Origin: Takakia lepidozioides
Taxonomy: Eukaryota > Plantae > Bryophyta
NCBI GenBank assembly: GCA_030704615.1
Contig: CM060734.1
Location: 37,324,001 to 37,388,000, forward strand
Reading direction: 5' to 3'
DNA: 64,000 nucleotides
Shown: piece by piece, positions 11,666 through 24,581 of the stretch
Layout: every line of letters begins with the position of its first letter
How positions within the stretch are numbered: the stretch's first letter is position 1
Notes under the pieces: generated by a model
What the model was told of the DNA's origin: nothing
The model's database searches: none
What the model saw: the letters and a program-made list of their open reading frames with translations, nothing else
Made by a program: the position numbers and the translations under genes

Positions 11666-14600
11666 CTAAGATTTCCTCTTAGCCCCAAAGTGTTCAATCA
11701 AGAGCTCTTGTACAACTGGCAGAAGATTTGTGGCAGGAACACTACTACTGACAATGTCCCCCAAGTGAGAGTCAGACCCCACTCTCCCACCAAGAAAGAT
11801 GTCAAATCCTTCCACTGGCTTCTTGTTTTCGTCACGGGCCATAGTACCCATGAACCCAATGTCAGCCACCTGCATAAGAATATTATTCAGCGTCGTTCAG
11901 TTCGAATTCACTGCAAGACCTAAAGTACCAGAAGATCATAAAATTTCATAGTATTTTGATGGACATCATGGAAGTGGTAGAGGAAATGTAAGACTTTGCT
12001 TGAACCAAGTGGACCCGGAAAAACCAAGCCTCATTTTGACAGGAATCACCGACCAGACTTTTCTTCAACAGAGTTTCTGTATATCACTCACTTGGCTTAA
12101 CCTAGCCTAATCACCTATACACCAAACCTGCCTTTGCAATTGCATGAGAAGCAGCACTCGATCGTATGTCCATGTCTTCATACTCTCTAATTTCTTCTAT
12201 CCTGTGCAAGACCTGTAAACTCCCTTTCCAGCAAACGATTTAAAACCAATGTGGGCATAAGTACAGACCTGAACTTGGGCACAACTATTGGGACACCCTG
12301 TGAAGTGCATTCGTACTGGCCGAGACAGCTCCATTGTCTCTTCAAGATCCTTAGTGAGCTGCAGCGAGCGGGCCTTAGTCTCTACTATTGCCATCCCACA
12401 AAATTGACTCCCAGTGCAAGCCACCAAATTGGCCAATAAAGGAGTTGGGTTCGTAGAAAACTTCGCTAAGATAGGCTCTTGGAGCAAAGATGAAACCTTC
12501 TCAGTTGATACATTGGGAAGTATCAAATTTTGCTCAACCGTTATCCGGAGTTCACCTGTCCCATAATCATCCGCAAGGCGTGCGAGCTCATACATTTCGG
12601 GTGCCTGGAGGCGGCCAACCGGGACATGGATACCCACAAAATTCAATCCTGGTTGCTTTTGAGGGTGCACTCCATAGAAGTCCCGCCGCTTCCAAGCAGG
12701 GTCAACCAAATCCTTTCCAGCTCTTTGAAGGGGAGTTCCTGTGGACATCCGTTTCTCCACTTCGGTTCTGAACTCTTCAATTCCCTGTATTGCAATTCAG
12801 AGGTAATCAGTCTGTCTCTTTCAGTAACGTATTTAATGGGAAATTTCAAAAGAATGTAGTTGTATAGTGTCTATGATTATGCCCAAGAGCCGATTCTGCA
12901 TCGAAGATGCAAATACACATCCTACTGAGGCAAGCCAAGAAGGGAGAATCAGAGGTAGATTAGCAGTGCTGAGCCATTGGCACTACAGAGTTGAAGCCAC
13001 ACCATCTAAAAAATTCAAGCTACCTCACCATTCACCATTCACAATCTGGAAGGGGTGACAGTCATTCACCCAACACAATTAGAATAATTGCAAGAAATCA
13101 ATCCATCTCAATTAAAGTGAACAAGCCTGCTAAAATCTTACCAGCTCATCAATCAACCACATCATGCGAGTTTTTTGTCGGTTACCCCGTGACCCCAGAT
13201 CCCTATATGCCTCAAGCACGGCTTTACAAAGAGGAACAACATCCCTCTCCGGAACCCAAGCATCCATCTTCACGGCCTCAGCACAGCGCTTGGGGCTGAA
13301 GAACCCCCCCACCAGCAGATTGAATCCAAATTCTCCATCTTTTGTTGCAGGTATGTAAGCAAGGTCATTTATATGGGGATGCTCGTATAGGTCATGACTC
13401 CCCACCACGCACACATTCCACTTGCGAGGCCTGCAACAAGCATCCACATGTTAGCACTCTTAAAAGTGCACATAGAGGTGCCCAAGAGAAGTGGGAACAC
13501 AGTTCTAGGTATGTACATCACATAGCTCTTTCATTTGCCACAAATCCTGACTGAATCCCCTGTAATCCATTTGACTGGAGCTGTGGAATATTGGATTTGT
13601 GTCTCATTACCCTGGTGAGCTATAACCAAAAGATGGCTAGTTTGCTGTGAGCACTATGCCTCAAGAGTACATCATACTGGACATCATAGCCAACTTTTGA
13701 GGGGGGAACATCATAAGGTACCTAGAAGTCTAGTGATATAAAAACCCAATGCCACACCAGTCAAAAGAACATTTCTGTTTGGCAAATGGAGATGTGATTC
13801 AATCTCAACATTCTTACAGATTAAATGTGCATCTCTCCATGAGTAGAATGAGGATATATACTGCTAAGAAAAGCACCCTCTTGCACCACCTGTCTCTTCT
13901 CAAAGGGAGCTGAGGCACTCTGATCTCTAATCCTGATTAAAATCCGTAGTAGAAGTAAGTACTGCATCTACAAAACAGACATCTCTCAAAGGCTACAATC
14001 TGTACAGTGGAGGCAGAAAGACGTACAAATTGGTGATGGACGTGTTGCCACGTCCACTGCTGATGACATAGTCTGTGATTGCCTGACAATATGGTCTTGT
14101 GTCAACGATCTCGTCAGGGTCAATACCCGCAAGTGGATTCCCGACTGCATTTCTCACATTATCCATCCCACTCTGTAGGCTTGAGAGACCGACCCTCCGA
14201 AGCCCATCGAATATTGCAGGTGCGTCTTCAAGTGTAACCCCCCGGATTTGCCAATTTTGTCTCGTGGTCAAGTCCGCACACCCATCTTCTCCATACTTTT
14301 CGATGACACTTGCTAGGTAGCGTGTATGTTCACTTGTTGTTACCCCGTTGGGCAGCTTCAGCCGCATCATGAACCTCCCATCTGCTCACACATCTCATTT
14401 CACATGTGTTGTTGAACCCAGCTCTGTGTCTTAAAACAGGAACAACAACCACTAGCCGAGCTCTAATTATTCGACATGTAGGCAACCATCTGTCTCAAAG
14501 TTGACTGCCTGTCAAATGCAATCATGGTTGATCGCCACAAGGAAATCACAAGTGGAGTTACTTACACTGACGCTTTCGGCGGTGGAATAATCCCAGCCAT

Positions 14601-15228
14601 TTGAGACGCGAGTCGATGTCATCCTTGCCAGATTTTGAATTGTCGATTTCAGCAAATGGGATCTTGGCGAGCTGCTCGATCTCATTCTCAACAAAAAACT
14701 TCATTGGATCCTTCTCTAACTTTATCTGCATGCAGTATAACTGCCACAATCAGACCTGAATAAATGTCATTCCAGCTACAACCATCGCGAGGACTAATTG
14801 TCCTCCACACACACATACCTACACTTTCTCTCTTTTGCAGTTCAACCACAATTTGACTTGACAAAAACCTTTTCAGCAGAATTGATGCCAGTCCGGAATT
14901 CCTCTCGCAAAACCCAGTACCCATCTTTCTCCTCAACTCTTGGTATCAATCGATCATTCTCGACAGTCGCTGATGGTACGCTGGCGATGGTTCGCGCTGT
15001 CACTTGCCGGGGGGTCGACTCAAGTCGGAGGGCGGAAGCACAACATACGGTGCGATCACTGTTGCAAGGCCTCAATTTTGTAGATGGGTTTGTAGAACAC
15101 TTCTTGAGAGAGATGTACTTGAGACCCGAGAATTCGGAGGAGTGGGGGTCATGTGTGCCAACATTCCAGTGTACATGTGTCTCCAAGACTCCATGGTTTC
15201 CCAATTGGAGCTGAACTGTGCCTTGCAT
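11666..15228 (-). CDS. NIR1: Ferredoxin-nitrite reductase, chloroplastic (6 exons)
   Basis: Exons 15228-14869, 14725-14566, 14381-14027, 13430-13142, 12784-12269, 11869-11666, all GT-AG. Motifs RLKWLGLFHRRK, MMRLKLPNG, TTRQNWQIRG, SGMDNVRN, sirohaem/4Fe-4S cysteines ACTGSQFC and TGCPNSC, and an N-terminal transit-peptide-like region. Confidence 0.96.
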
Positions 15229-16323
15229 CCTTCCTTCCTTGTCTCTCTCGCTCAACAAGATATGAGGCCAGTGATAGCCGGAAATTCTTCCTCCTCTCTT
15301 TGGTACCTACCGATCAACGCAATCTACAACGGAAACTAACTAACGCTTTGGTGTGGATCTCAGGGCCCGTTCTACAATCTCTCTCCTTCTCACACTCCCA
15401 CATACGTCAATTCAATATCTTGCCAACAACACCATCCCATTCCTGCACAATCCTCATTAACAGAGCTCACATAATTGCTCCGCCATCTATAAACGCAGCC
15501 AAGCTTGTCGCCCACACTTCACCATTCTCTGAGTCTGTCTTTCAGCTTTCCGCGGACGTTATAAAGTAGCATTTCATTTCATTTGTCTGCGCGACGCGGC
15601 GGCGTGGAGCTTGCCTTGCCACGACCCCTCAGTTCAGCTTGCTCAGCTCGCCACGTCCAAGCCCAAGTGGATTTTGTCTTTATGTATTTTAGTAAGAAGA
15701 TGACCCTTTACAGAAAGTCTCTCGAGTCTCAATCTAGATTCCATTGTCTGCCCCGTTCCCCCACCCTCTGGATGATGGAGCCCACGCATGTACTGCTCCA
15801 GAAGCAGCAGCAGCAGCGGCTACCGGCAGCCGCCTCCTACTTGTCCTTTGGTTGTAGAGAGATTGTTAAGAAAGAGTCGGGGCATTTGAGCCTCCTCATC
15901 GAGACGGGTTTGAGGGACTCGAGTGCTAGCAACATTGCAACGACTGGGGGACCCAGGGAGCATCTCATGTGAAGTTGAAAGGTGCTCTAAATCCTGCTCA
16001 GCGAGCTTGAGCCTGTCGTGGAAACCTAGTTTTACAAGCTGTCCGCTTGCGTCCACTTCTTCAGACTTTACTTGCATTGTAGTGAGAAGCTAAGGTTGAA
16101 CTATGTTAGATCTTTGCACTAACAAATGGGAAGTGCTTGAACCTTGCCATATCTGTCTCTCTGTCTCTCTCCATCTGTGTGGCTCTATGGCCGCAAGGCT
16201 AACAACGTCTTGCGAGTAGGTTGCGAGGAGGTTGGGTATCGTTCGAGCATACGAGCACCCAATGTAAGCATGCTCACACAAGCAAACAAGAATGTTTATA
16301 GACTTTCGAAATATCCTGAGAAT

Positions 16324-16373
16324 ATGGCCACAAGGCTGTGGCAAACATCTTATGAGTACATTCTCTCTCTCTC
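16324..16373 (+). repeat. Orphan LINE-B 3' tail (further copies 11277-11365 on -, 24000-24088, 54617-54701, 54794-54842, 58950-59025)
   Basis: Matches the tail of the element at 34324-35246: CAAACTGGG...GCCACAAGGCT...CAAACAAC.TCTTATGAGTACATTCTCT. Confidence 0.8.
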
Positions 16374-16677
16374 ATATGCTGTGCTTCTTGAGATTTACCT
16401 CGGATGCAATTTGACTTATTTCATCCATGTAGAGTCCTGAAGAGGAGGTTCTTAGTAGGTTCTCGTTCCATTCCTAATTCAAGTTCGTATGACGAATATT
16501 CCCACAACTAATTCGATAGCTATGAGATGTCCATGATACAAGGATAAGTAGTCGGGCACAAAAAGATTGCCATCAACTGCAAACAAAACTAGCTCTACAG
16601 AGGATAGCTCTACACATCCAGATTGTCGACCTTTGTCACAAGATGCAATTAATAGAATCAGAAGTCAATGGGAGTAG

Positions 16678-19600
16678 CTAAGCATCATGGTAGAGTCGAC
16701 GTAGTTGGTTCGTGCCGGCAGGCGCTAGCGTAACAGGACATCGTTTGTACTGCACAGAAACCAGTAGTCACTAGAGGCACCAGAACGAATTTTACAACTG
16801 CGAAGGCACTGAAACCATAAATATACAAACACAGCTGGAGATCTGCCAATGGGGATGAGAGAGAGGGAGAGAGGGAATGTATCCCTACATGCTTCTACCA
16901 TTTACCGTTATCCACAAAAACCCCTTCAAAGCCAGACATCAGTTCTTAATCCATCTAAGAAGGAGATATAAGGGCTGGAAAGCTTACCTGAGATACATAG
17001 CTGAAAATACAAGGATAACAGAACACAAAACCAGATACAGCTATTAAGGCAGGGTTGGTGCGCTGGCGTGTGCAAAGAGGACAAATTCTTCGATCTGATG
17101 GCAACTGAATTCCTTCCTTAGCCACCTGCCACAGTCACTGGCCTCTTTGAGCAACTCAAGGATATTATGATGCACATAGCAGCACCTACAGCTTTAAGAA
17201 TGAGAAAAAATCCAGACATTTGAATACAACACGCTATTTATCTTTCTCTTGGGATACAAAACTCAAAATGCTACTCTTTGCATCTGACCACCTTTGGACA
17301 CAACTCAAACCAGGATTACTAAAGTAACGAAAGAAGTAGTGGACCTTAGGTGGTGGGGGTGGAGGAGGAGGGGGATAAATGGATGGTGTGGTGACCCGAT
17401 GCTCTGCTGACTGATACCACCACTCTACCATCTGCACCAACCAAGAGCAACTCTGTGAATAGTGCTTGAATTTAAACCCATTTACATACTTTGAAGTAAA
17501 GCAGTTCAGAGAGATTTGAGAGCCCACTCAGTCCATGCATATGCTCAACTTAAAAGTATCTGAGTGGGACCTCACTTTAAACAGAAAGACAGAAGCAATA
17601 AGGCCTGTCTGTGCATAGTCCAGCATTGCATATGCCGTTCGGAGGAAGCTCCTCTGTATAGCCTGTCATACCAAAGCATATTTGTGAGCAACAACCAAAG
17701 AGAATTGATTGACAGAAAATGACACTGACCTGAGGTGGAAATATGGGTGTGCAAAGAGCGTATCTATGAAGAGTACAAGACTAAACCCTTGGAATGGTCA
17801 GGACAGAGGGAAAGAGTACAGTAGAGAGGTCACCTGAGCAAAAGGGGGTCCCCTCAGTCTACCAAACTCACGGTTTCTTCTCTCTTGAATAACCTTCGTG
17901 GCATCCATCTATACCTTGCAAAGACAAGTAATCCTTGAGCCAAAACTTTTAGCATGAGCAAATACAAGCACTAAATTATAGAGAGCAAAATTCCTTTCCC
18001 ACAGTCAAGATGAGACCATTTACTAAATTGTTGTGACATCTGTAGCTAAAACAACTCTGTGTATCGTCACAAGAGAGTCAAGCAGAGGGCATAGTTATGT
18101 GGCTCCTTGAAGCTTCCTCCAGATTTTGCCTCCACAACTTATCTCAGATCAAAATGAAATCTCAGAACCCCTGACATTATCACCCATTATCCCTCCCCCC
18201 CAGAAGTATCCATATGAGTATTGAAATATCTCCATACTTGCAATTAAGGGTAACCAAAAAAGAAGTACTGCGAAGATCTGATCTATTGTTAGAAGGATTT
18301 TCAGAAGAGAAAACCAGAAACAAACAGCAAAGAAAAGACAAACAGGAGCAAGGAACAAGAAAATAGAAAGAAAAAGAAGCAAGGACAGAAAAGACAAGGA
18401 TACGAACAAAGCAATGAACGGATTCATATTGAACCCATAAGCTGAGAATAGCAATATAGACTTGGCGACCAAGAACAACAACAACATGAATGGTAGTGAC
18501 AAGCTACCATCACTTCCCTACAGACTTTGTCAGTTCCCAATAGTGGGTATAGGTTTATGCACTAAGAACCAACGTACCGAGTTTCTGTCAAATTTCCGGA
18601 AGTACCGGGAAAATCCCCCCAAAAAGTAGACACTCATACAAACCTTTAACCTGAACAAAGAGAGATTGTTACATTGAAGGTAAGATATGGACTATTGTAA
18701 CTACAATTCTGGAGAGATTGCTCCACCACCAAGACAACTTTTGACTGGCAAATTTCCATACCAGCTCCTGACCTGAGGAACGCCGAACATGGAGGCGCAG
18801 GATATGGAGGGCAGGATTGTAGAACTGTGTGACGTCTAGCAAGTACAGCAGCTGATATGCAAACGTCACCCCTGCCCATTCAACCCAATGTTAGCAAGCA
18901 CGTAAATACCATGTTAGTATGGACAATTCTGTATTTAAACACACATCGATGTAATTAGATCATCACAGGATAAAGTGGTGTACATTCCACATATATCTTC
19001 AAAGACAACACCATACTTGAAAATGGGGACAAGATTGTAAGAAGCGGAAAACACATTTTAGTTCAGGTCCCCCTACCCTCATTAGTGGCGTGTAGCCATG
19101 GATAGAAGCGCACCAGCGCTTGGGTGATTTTCTCCCTGATATGCAGTCTTACAGAGGTATTGTTCCCCAACCCATTCTCGTTACTTGGTATCTCTCTGTC
19201 ACCCCTATCTTCTACCTCCACCAGCTCAGCATCCTGAGGATCACCCCTGCCCCACAGGGCAGCCTGGAGCACACCTCCTCTGTGGGAGTTATAAGCTGCT
19301 TGCAGTTTGGACTTCAGATATGGTAAACCCACCTGGCAACCAACAAAATTTGTACAGATGAGCAGGTAATTCCAAGGCTGCAGATAGAGGTTGGAATTAT
19401 AAGTTTATGAAAGAGGAAACTCTGTTGAGGGGACTAGCAAATGCAATCATGATACTCTGCATACAAAGAATTTGCAAGATTGCCAAATGAGAGATAATCT
19501 TACTAGAAACAAGACAGACAGCTCCCTCTGACGTCGACTTAGGGGTCTAGTTACTTGCGACTGCTGGTTTCCAGCCTCCTGTGTTAGAGCAAGACCTGTT

Positions 19601-20791
19601 GAAGAAATATCCGCGGGTGCCCGCCTGAGCCCATAAAGTGCCTCAGCGAATGATGCATCTGGAATAAAATTGAACCCCTGTTAGAATTTTTGGGCCCTTG
19701 GTAAGAATCAAGAGCACAGTAACGACAAACTACAATCAATGCGAGTATGGCCATGCTACTTCAAGAATAACATGTTAGCGTAGGTGGGTCAAGAAGCTTT
19801 TCAAATCAGTGGAAACACAGACCTAGCCAAGCTGCGCTTCTGTTTCTCCCATCCAAAAAGCTGATTAACACTGCCTTATATATTCTTAGAAGGGAGTGGA
19901 AGAAAGAGGATGAGAGGGAAGCCACGACAGACCTGCAGTGCGCAGGCTATGCAGCTCCAAAAGCAGCATGAGGAGGGAGTAAGCTTCCTCGCTGTGATCC
20001 AATACTCTATGCAGAATAGGCCTCCGCTGAGCCATCACCTAAAAAACCATAACCCAAACCTCTTCAAGACATTGCGACATCTCTCTCGAGAACTCATTCC
20101 ATGCCCCAACTGCTAAAGTCATTGTCCCGAACCTAAAACCTTACCCAATTTATAGAACCCTGAAGAAAACAGTTCAGCCAGATTTTTACTTCAATGGGAG
20201 CGTGGAGCAGTTCATCTGAAAGAAGACACAGGTTCCCTGGAAAATAGCCTAAGGAACCTCCAGTAATTTTGTGCCTAAGTCGATTCCACCCCATCACTGG
20301 CGGTTCAACTGCAGTCACTGTCAACTAATGCAAAACTAGATCTACCAATCCTCCCCATTTGTGTCCGACGAAGCAGAACACCCTAAAAATTTTCAGGAAA
20401 TTTTGAAACCATGGCGATCCCTTGACTGGAAATTAAACAGCCGCTCGTGATTGAATCGATTACACAGAGATAAAACCCTTTAGAGCTTGAAATCAGTGTC
20501 GGCATCACAGGCAAAAAAAACCCTAACAAACTTATCTCACGATAGTGCAAGATGCCGTTGCCAGGGAGCTCCAACAGTAGACAAGAAGGACTGACAAATC
20601 CTCCAATTGTGAGAGTGAACCTCCAAGTAGAAGTCGACAGAAAAACAATACTTTTGGAAAGTGGAATGGCAAGAGTGACGAACCCCAAGCGAATACATCA
20701 GGGCAGCACGCAGGCTGGTGGGTAGATGCTGGGCTGCTGACATTTCAAAGAAGGTGGGGCGGCTGCCCTCACCCCCTACTTGCATCAACAT
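16678..20791 (-). CDS. PEX12: Peroxisome biogenesis RING protein PEX12 (multi-exon)
   Basis: N-terminus MLMQVGGEGSRPTFFEMSAAQHLPTSLRAALMYSL; internal LPYLKSKL and MVEWWYQSAE..PPPPPPPP; RING exon 17125-16988 (ICPLC..RTNPA...SGFVFCYPC); last exon YKRCPVTLAPAGTNQLRRLYHDA* ends at 16678. Confidence 0.93.
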
Positions 20792-20957
20792 CTTTCCCAA
20801 GTAATCTCTCTCTCTCTCCCTCAATCCCTCCTTTACTCTCCTCTCTCGTTCTAAGAACAGACGATTTTTCCTGGAACCTCGTCTCTCACAGTAATCCTGC
20901 AACACGAGAGAGAATTGCTTGCGCCGAAGCCATGAGGAGATGAAAGACTCTCCATCA

Positions 20958-21205
20958 GGTATGATGGATGGACAGAAGAGGATGAATAACGTTGGGGCTT
21001 GTGGATGAATGTCTCGAGCAGATATGATGGATGGACAGAAGAGGATGCATAACGTTGGGGATTGTGGATGGATGTCTCGAGCAGATATGATGGATGGACA
21101 GAAGAGGATGGATAACGTTGGGGCCTGTGGATGGATGTCTCGAGCAGATATGATGGATGGACAGAAGAGGATGGATAACGTTGGGGCCTGTGGATGGATG
21201 GATGT
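20958..21205. repeat. 63-bp minisatellite, about 4 copies
   Basis: Unit GCAGATATGATGGATGGACAGAAGAGGATGGATAACGTTGGGGCCTGTGGATGGATGTCTCGA recurs at 21018, 21081 and 21144, with a further partial unit from ~20958. Confidence 0.95.
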
Positions 21206-21398
21206 CGTCCAAGCGGTCGTCTCTGCCGGCCTGGAAACCCTAGAAACAGGGAAGAAGAAGATGCTGCAGACAAGGGAAGAGGAGGGAGGTCGTTTAGGGT
21301 TTGTACGTCTTTAATGTTGCAGTGATTCAGCGGGCAAGCTCAGACCTTACGAAGTGGCCGTGCTCAGTTTTCTTCGTCTTTCTTCGATTTAGTCTGCC

Positions 21399-23523
21399 AT
21401 GCATGTAGGGAATGGGGTCAGAAGGAACGGGAAGAATGATAGAGAGCTCGAGTTTGCAGGAGAGGTGGCGCCAAACGACGACCGGACGGCAGACCCATTG
21501 GCGCAATTGAAAGCTGATGGTATGGGAAACTGGCTCCTTTTCGAACGTATGTGGTTAGGAAATGTTAAGTCTCATGTGCGGGTGGTTGATTTTGTGTCGG
21601 CATATGCTCTAGGGTATTGAGCTTACTTTTTTATTGGTGGCAAGCTTCGCTTGAGATGTCTTGGATTAATCAAAAGAAGAACTTGATTTGTAACGGCTTC
21701 ATGCCGAACTAGCCTCGTGGAGCAACTTCCGCTGCGGGACTGGCCGTCTCGAATGTCCTTGCACGGATTGTTTCTACTTTGCAGGATCAGAGTCTGGCTT
21801 AATTGATCTCTCCAAGTGGTTCAACCGTTATCTAGGATCAATTCATGTTTTACTAGTTGTTGTAGTTGGTGATGGAAACTTCCCAGCATGTAGCACCTGC
21901 CCCGGTTAGGTTGGCCTTGGCAACTGATGATCACAAGGGTGGTCTGATAAAGCTTCTGTGTTGACACGGGAGTTATTGGTTAGAGAGATACTGTGTAGTG
22001 CCTGGTCAGGCGTCACACCTTTTGCAGACCTTTTACAGATTTTAATTGTGTAAGGCTGATTTTTTTTGGGGGAAGGGCAGCAAAAAGGGCCAAGATAAAT
22101 GCCATTTGGGAGCAGCTCAATGCCAAGAATCCAACACTTACCGCCAAGGCTGGCCGCAGCCATGTGCAGGCCCCTACAAGCAGGTCGAAGCCAGCTAAAG
22201 TTATCCCTGTAAGTTGAACCGTCTGTCCCTCTCTCTTGAGCACAGGAGGTTCTTGGGCTTTGCAGGCACACTTGCTCATGAATAGTTTCAGTTGGCAACT
22301 ATGGCTGAAGGGTCTAGGATGTATAGGCTGCACATGTGAATGCGTGTGTTTAGTTTTTTGAAATTCGCACCCAGCAGTCAGAAAGAATGATGATGACATT
22401 CGCAGCTACGTACTGAGATGATTTGAGAATGGACCTGCTACACAGGTTTTGTTCACTCAATAATAACATATCCATGCTGTGCTGAGATATTCTCGTCTTG
22501 ATTTGTGCAGGGATGGATGGTGAGTTTAGGCATAGCTCCATCAAAGACAACATCCAGTGCCAAGCCACCAGCAGGGAACCAGGTCACTGGTACTGAAGTT
22601 TCAATAAGCAATGCAGCAAGCACATGGAGCAGGGAAGATACTAAGCTTGAAACTGCGGGTGTCGAACGAGAAGGGGAAAAGGAGGATGCCCGAAAGATTG
22701 CAGCTGCCGCTCTGGCAGCAGCCAAGGCAGCAGCAGTGGCAGTAAGCACTGAAGGAAAGGTTGAGGTAAGAGATGTCAGCTGCTATATGAAAGAGGCATA
22801 ATCAGTTCCCGCACATATTTCAACACAGCCTTCTACCTGCTTATGCCACTCGTGTCAACCTGTGCACATGCCCTACGCTTTTAATGTGGAGGCTCTGTTC
22901 CCAATGCTCACTGTCCCCGCGACCTTGTGAATGCATTGGAAAGTAGGTGGAAACCTGACCAAATTTCATGTGGAAGTAGCTAAAATAGATACCCCTGGAG
23001 TGTCCAACAGTAAGAGCATTGGCATGTGCCTTCTTCTTTTATGGATCAATGGATTGTGGCTGGTAAGTAATAGTCATGACCTTTTAAATGGTACCCAGTC
23101 ATGCCTTCTAGTTTTCTGATCTCTCTGGTCTTATTGTGTCTATGGCAGATCAGTGAGGTTCGTGAATTTGCAGGGGAAGACATACAGATTACAAAATATG
23201 TGGACCCTAACTCCAAGGCAGCACAGGCCTCTAGGCGGAAGGCAGAAATGCAAGCTTCGTCCTCCTCGGGTCTGGACGCGTTACTGGAGCAGATTAGTAA
23301 GAAACAGAAGTTAAATATCTTAGATAAATCTAGAAAGGATTGGGGGGAATTCAAAGAAGAGAAAGGGATTGATGTGGAGCTTGAGGCGTATAAGAAGAGT
23401 GGAGATAAGTACTTGGATAAAGTTGCATTTTTACAGCGAGCTGATGTACGGGAATATGAGAAAGAGAGGGATGCCCGGCTAGCACTGCAGTCTAAGCGCC
23501 GGGACTCGACCCTCATGGATTGA
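21399..23523 (+). CDS. SWC5: SWR1-complex protein 5 / CFDP1 (BCNT-C domain) homologue
   Basis: Exons ~21399-21519 (start uncertain), 22081-22208 (AKRAKINAIWEQLN), 22511-22765, 23149-23523. The last exon encodes BCNT-C: EVREFAGE...GLDALLEQI.KKQKLNILDKSRKDWGEFKEEKGI..EL...KSGDKYLDKVAFLQRAD.REYEKER. Confidence 0.88.
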
Positions 23524-24581
23524 TTAGCTGTGGATTTTACTTGTCTTCAGAAAATTTACTGCATAAGAAAAGAAGTTCACAACTCCTAGATGCCCTCACG
23601 GTCACCCTGTATGCTTGCCATAGCTTCATTTGTCATTCTGTCATACAGAAAAAGAGATTAGACTTGACTGGCAAATGAAAATAGAGAGTGAATGGGTGCA
23701 ACTGTGTAACATTATCCCAGACCGATGGGATATCCCGGATGTATATCTGGCTTAATAGATGAGTGCCAAATTGTTTCAGGCGGGAGTTCAATAAAGATCA
23801 CTCGCAAATTGTGACATACCTGTCTCATTTCTGTCTATTGGTAAGAGTGTGTTCACAGTTGCTTGGATGGAGTTCGGTTATCACAAGCAAAGAAAATCGG
23901 GAGATTGCAGAGTGTGCGAGTTCATTTGTAACAGGCTGTTATCCCAGTTGGCGAGCTGATACTTATGGCAATCTATCTTTTATGGCAATCTATCTCCGTC
24001 CCTCCCTCCCTCTTGTTCCGACCAAACTGGGCACAAAGTCTATGTTGCCACAGGGCTACGGCAAACAACTCATGACTACATTCTCTCATTAGTTTTAATC
24101 ACATTTCTACAATGTCTGTCCAAACTTCAGCTCTGGCAAACCCGACACATCCTCACACATTACTGGACAGACTTCAAATTTGGCCCACATTCATTTCTTC
24201 AGGCTTTGGTGGGCATAATTGAGTCAATGAAGAGTCGCTTGCAACAAAATTGGAACAAAATTTTCAGACACCCAAAAGTTGCAGACAGGTCTTTCAAAAT
24301 TTTGCACAAGTTTCAGAAGGGTCACAGGAAAGTTGATTTGTACAACGGATTACGGGAGAAAGTGGGTTCGCAAGGGAAGCCAAATTCCCTTGGAAGTTGA
24401 GGACTCATTAAGTCACTGTGTAAGTATGTTGTGCACACACTGATTAGTGTCTAGCTCACTAACTCTTAATTAACTCTGGCTAATGGCCCAAGAAAATTAT
24501 GAACCGATACTGGCTATCCAAACTCACTGCCATGCTCGCGACGCACATTCAACTGCTGCAATGCTGCTAACCGACGCTTCG

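Noticed and set aside
15583-16440. Several 60-130-aa ORFs between NIR1 and PEX12
   Set aside because: No recognisable domain or consistent splice structure; the region is bounded by LINE tails.
20958-21205. CRISPR-like array or repeat-protein gene
   Set aside because: Units are head-to-tail with no unique spacers, the context is eukaryotic, and the ORFs are by-products of the 63-bp period.
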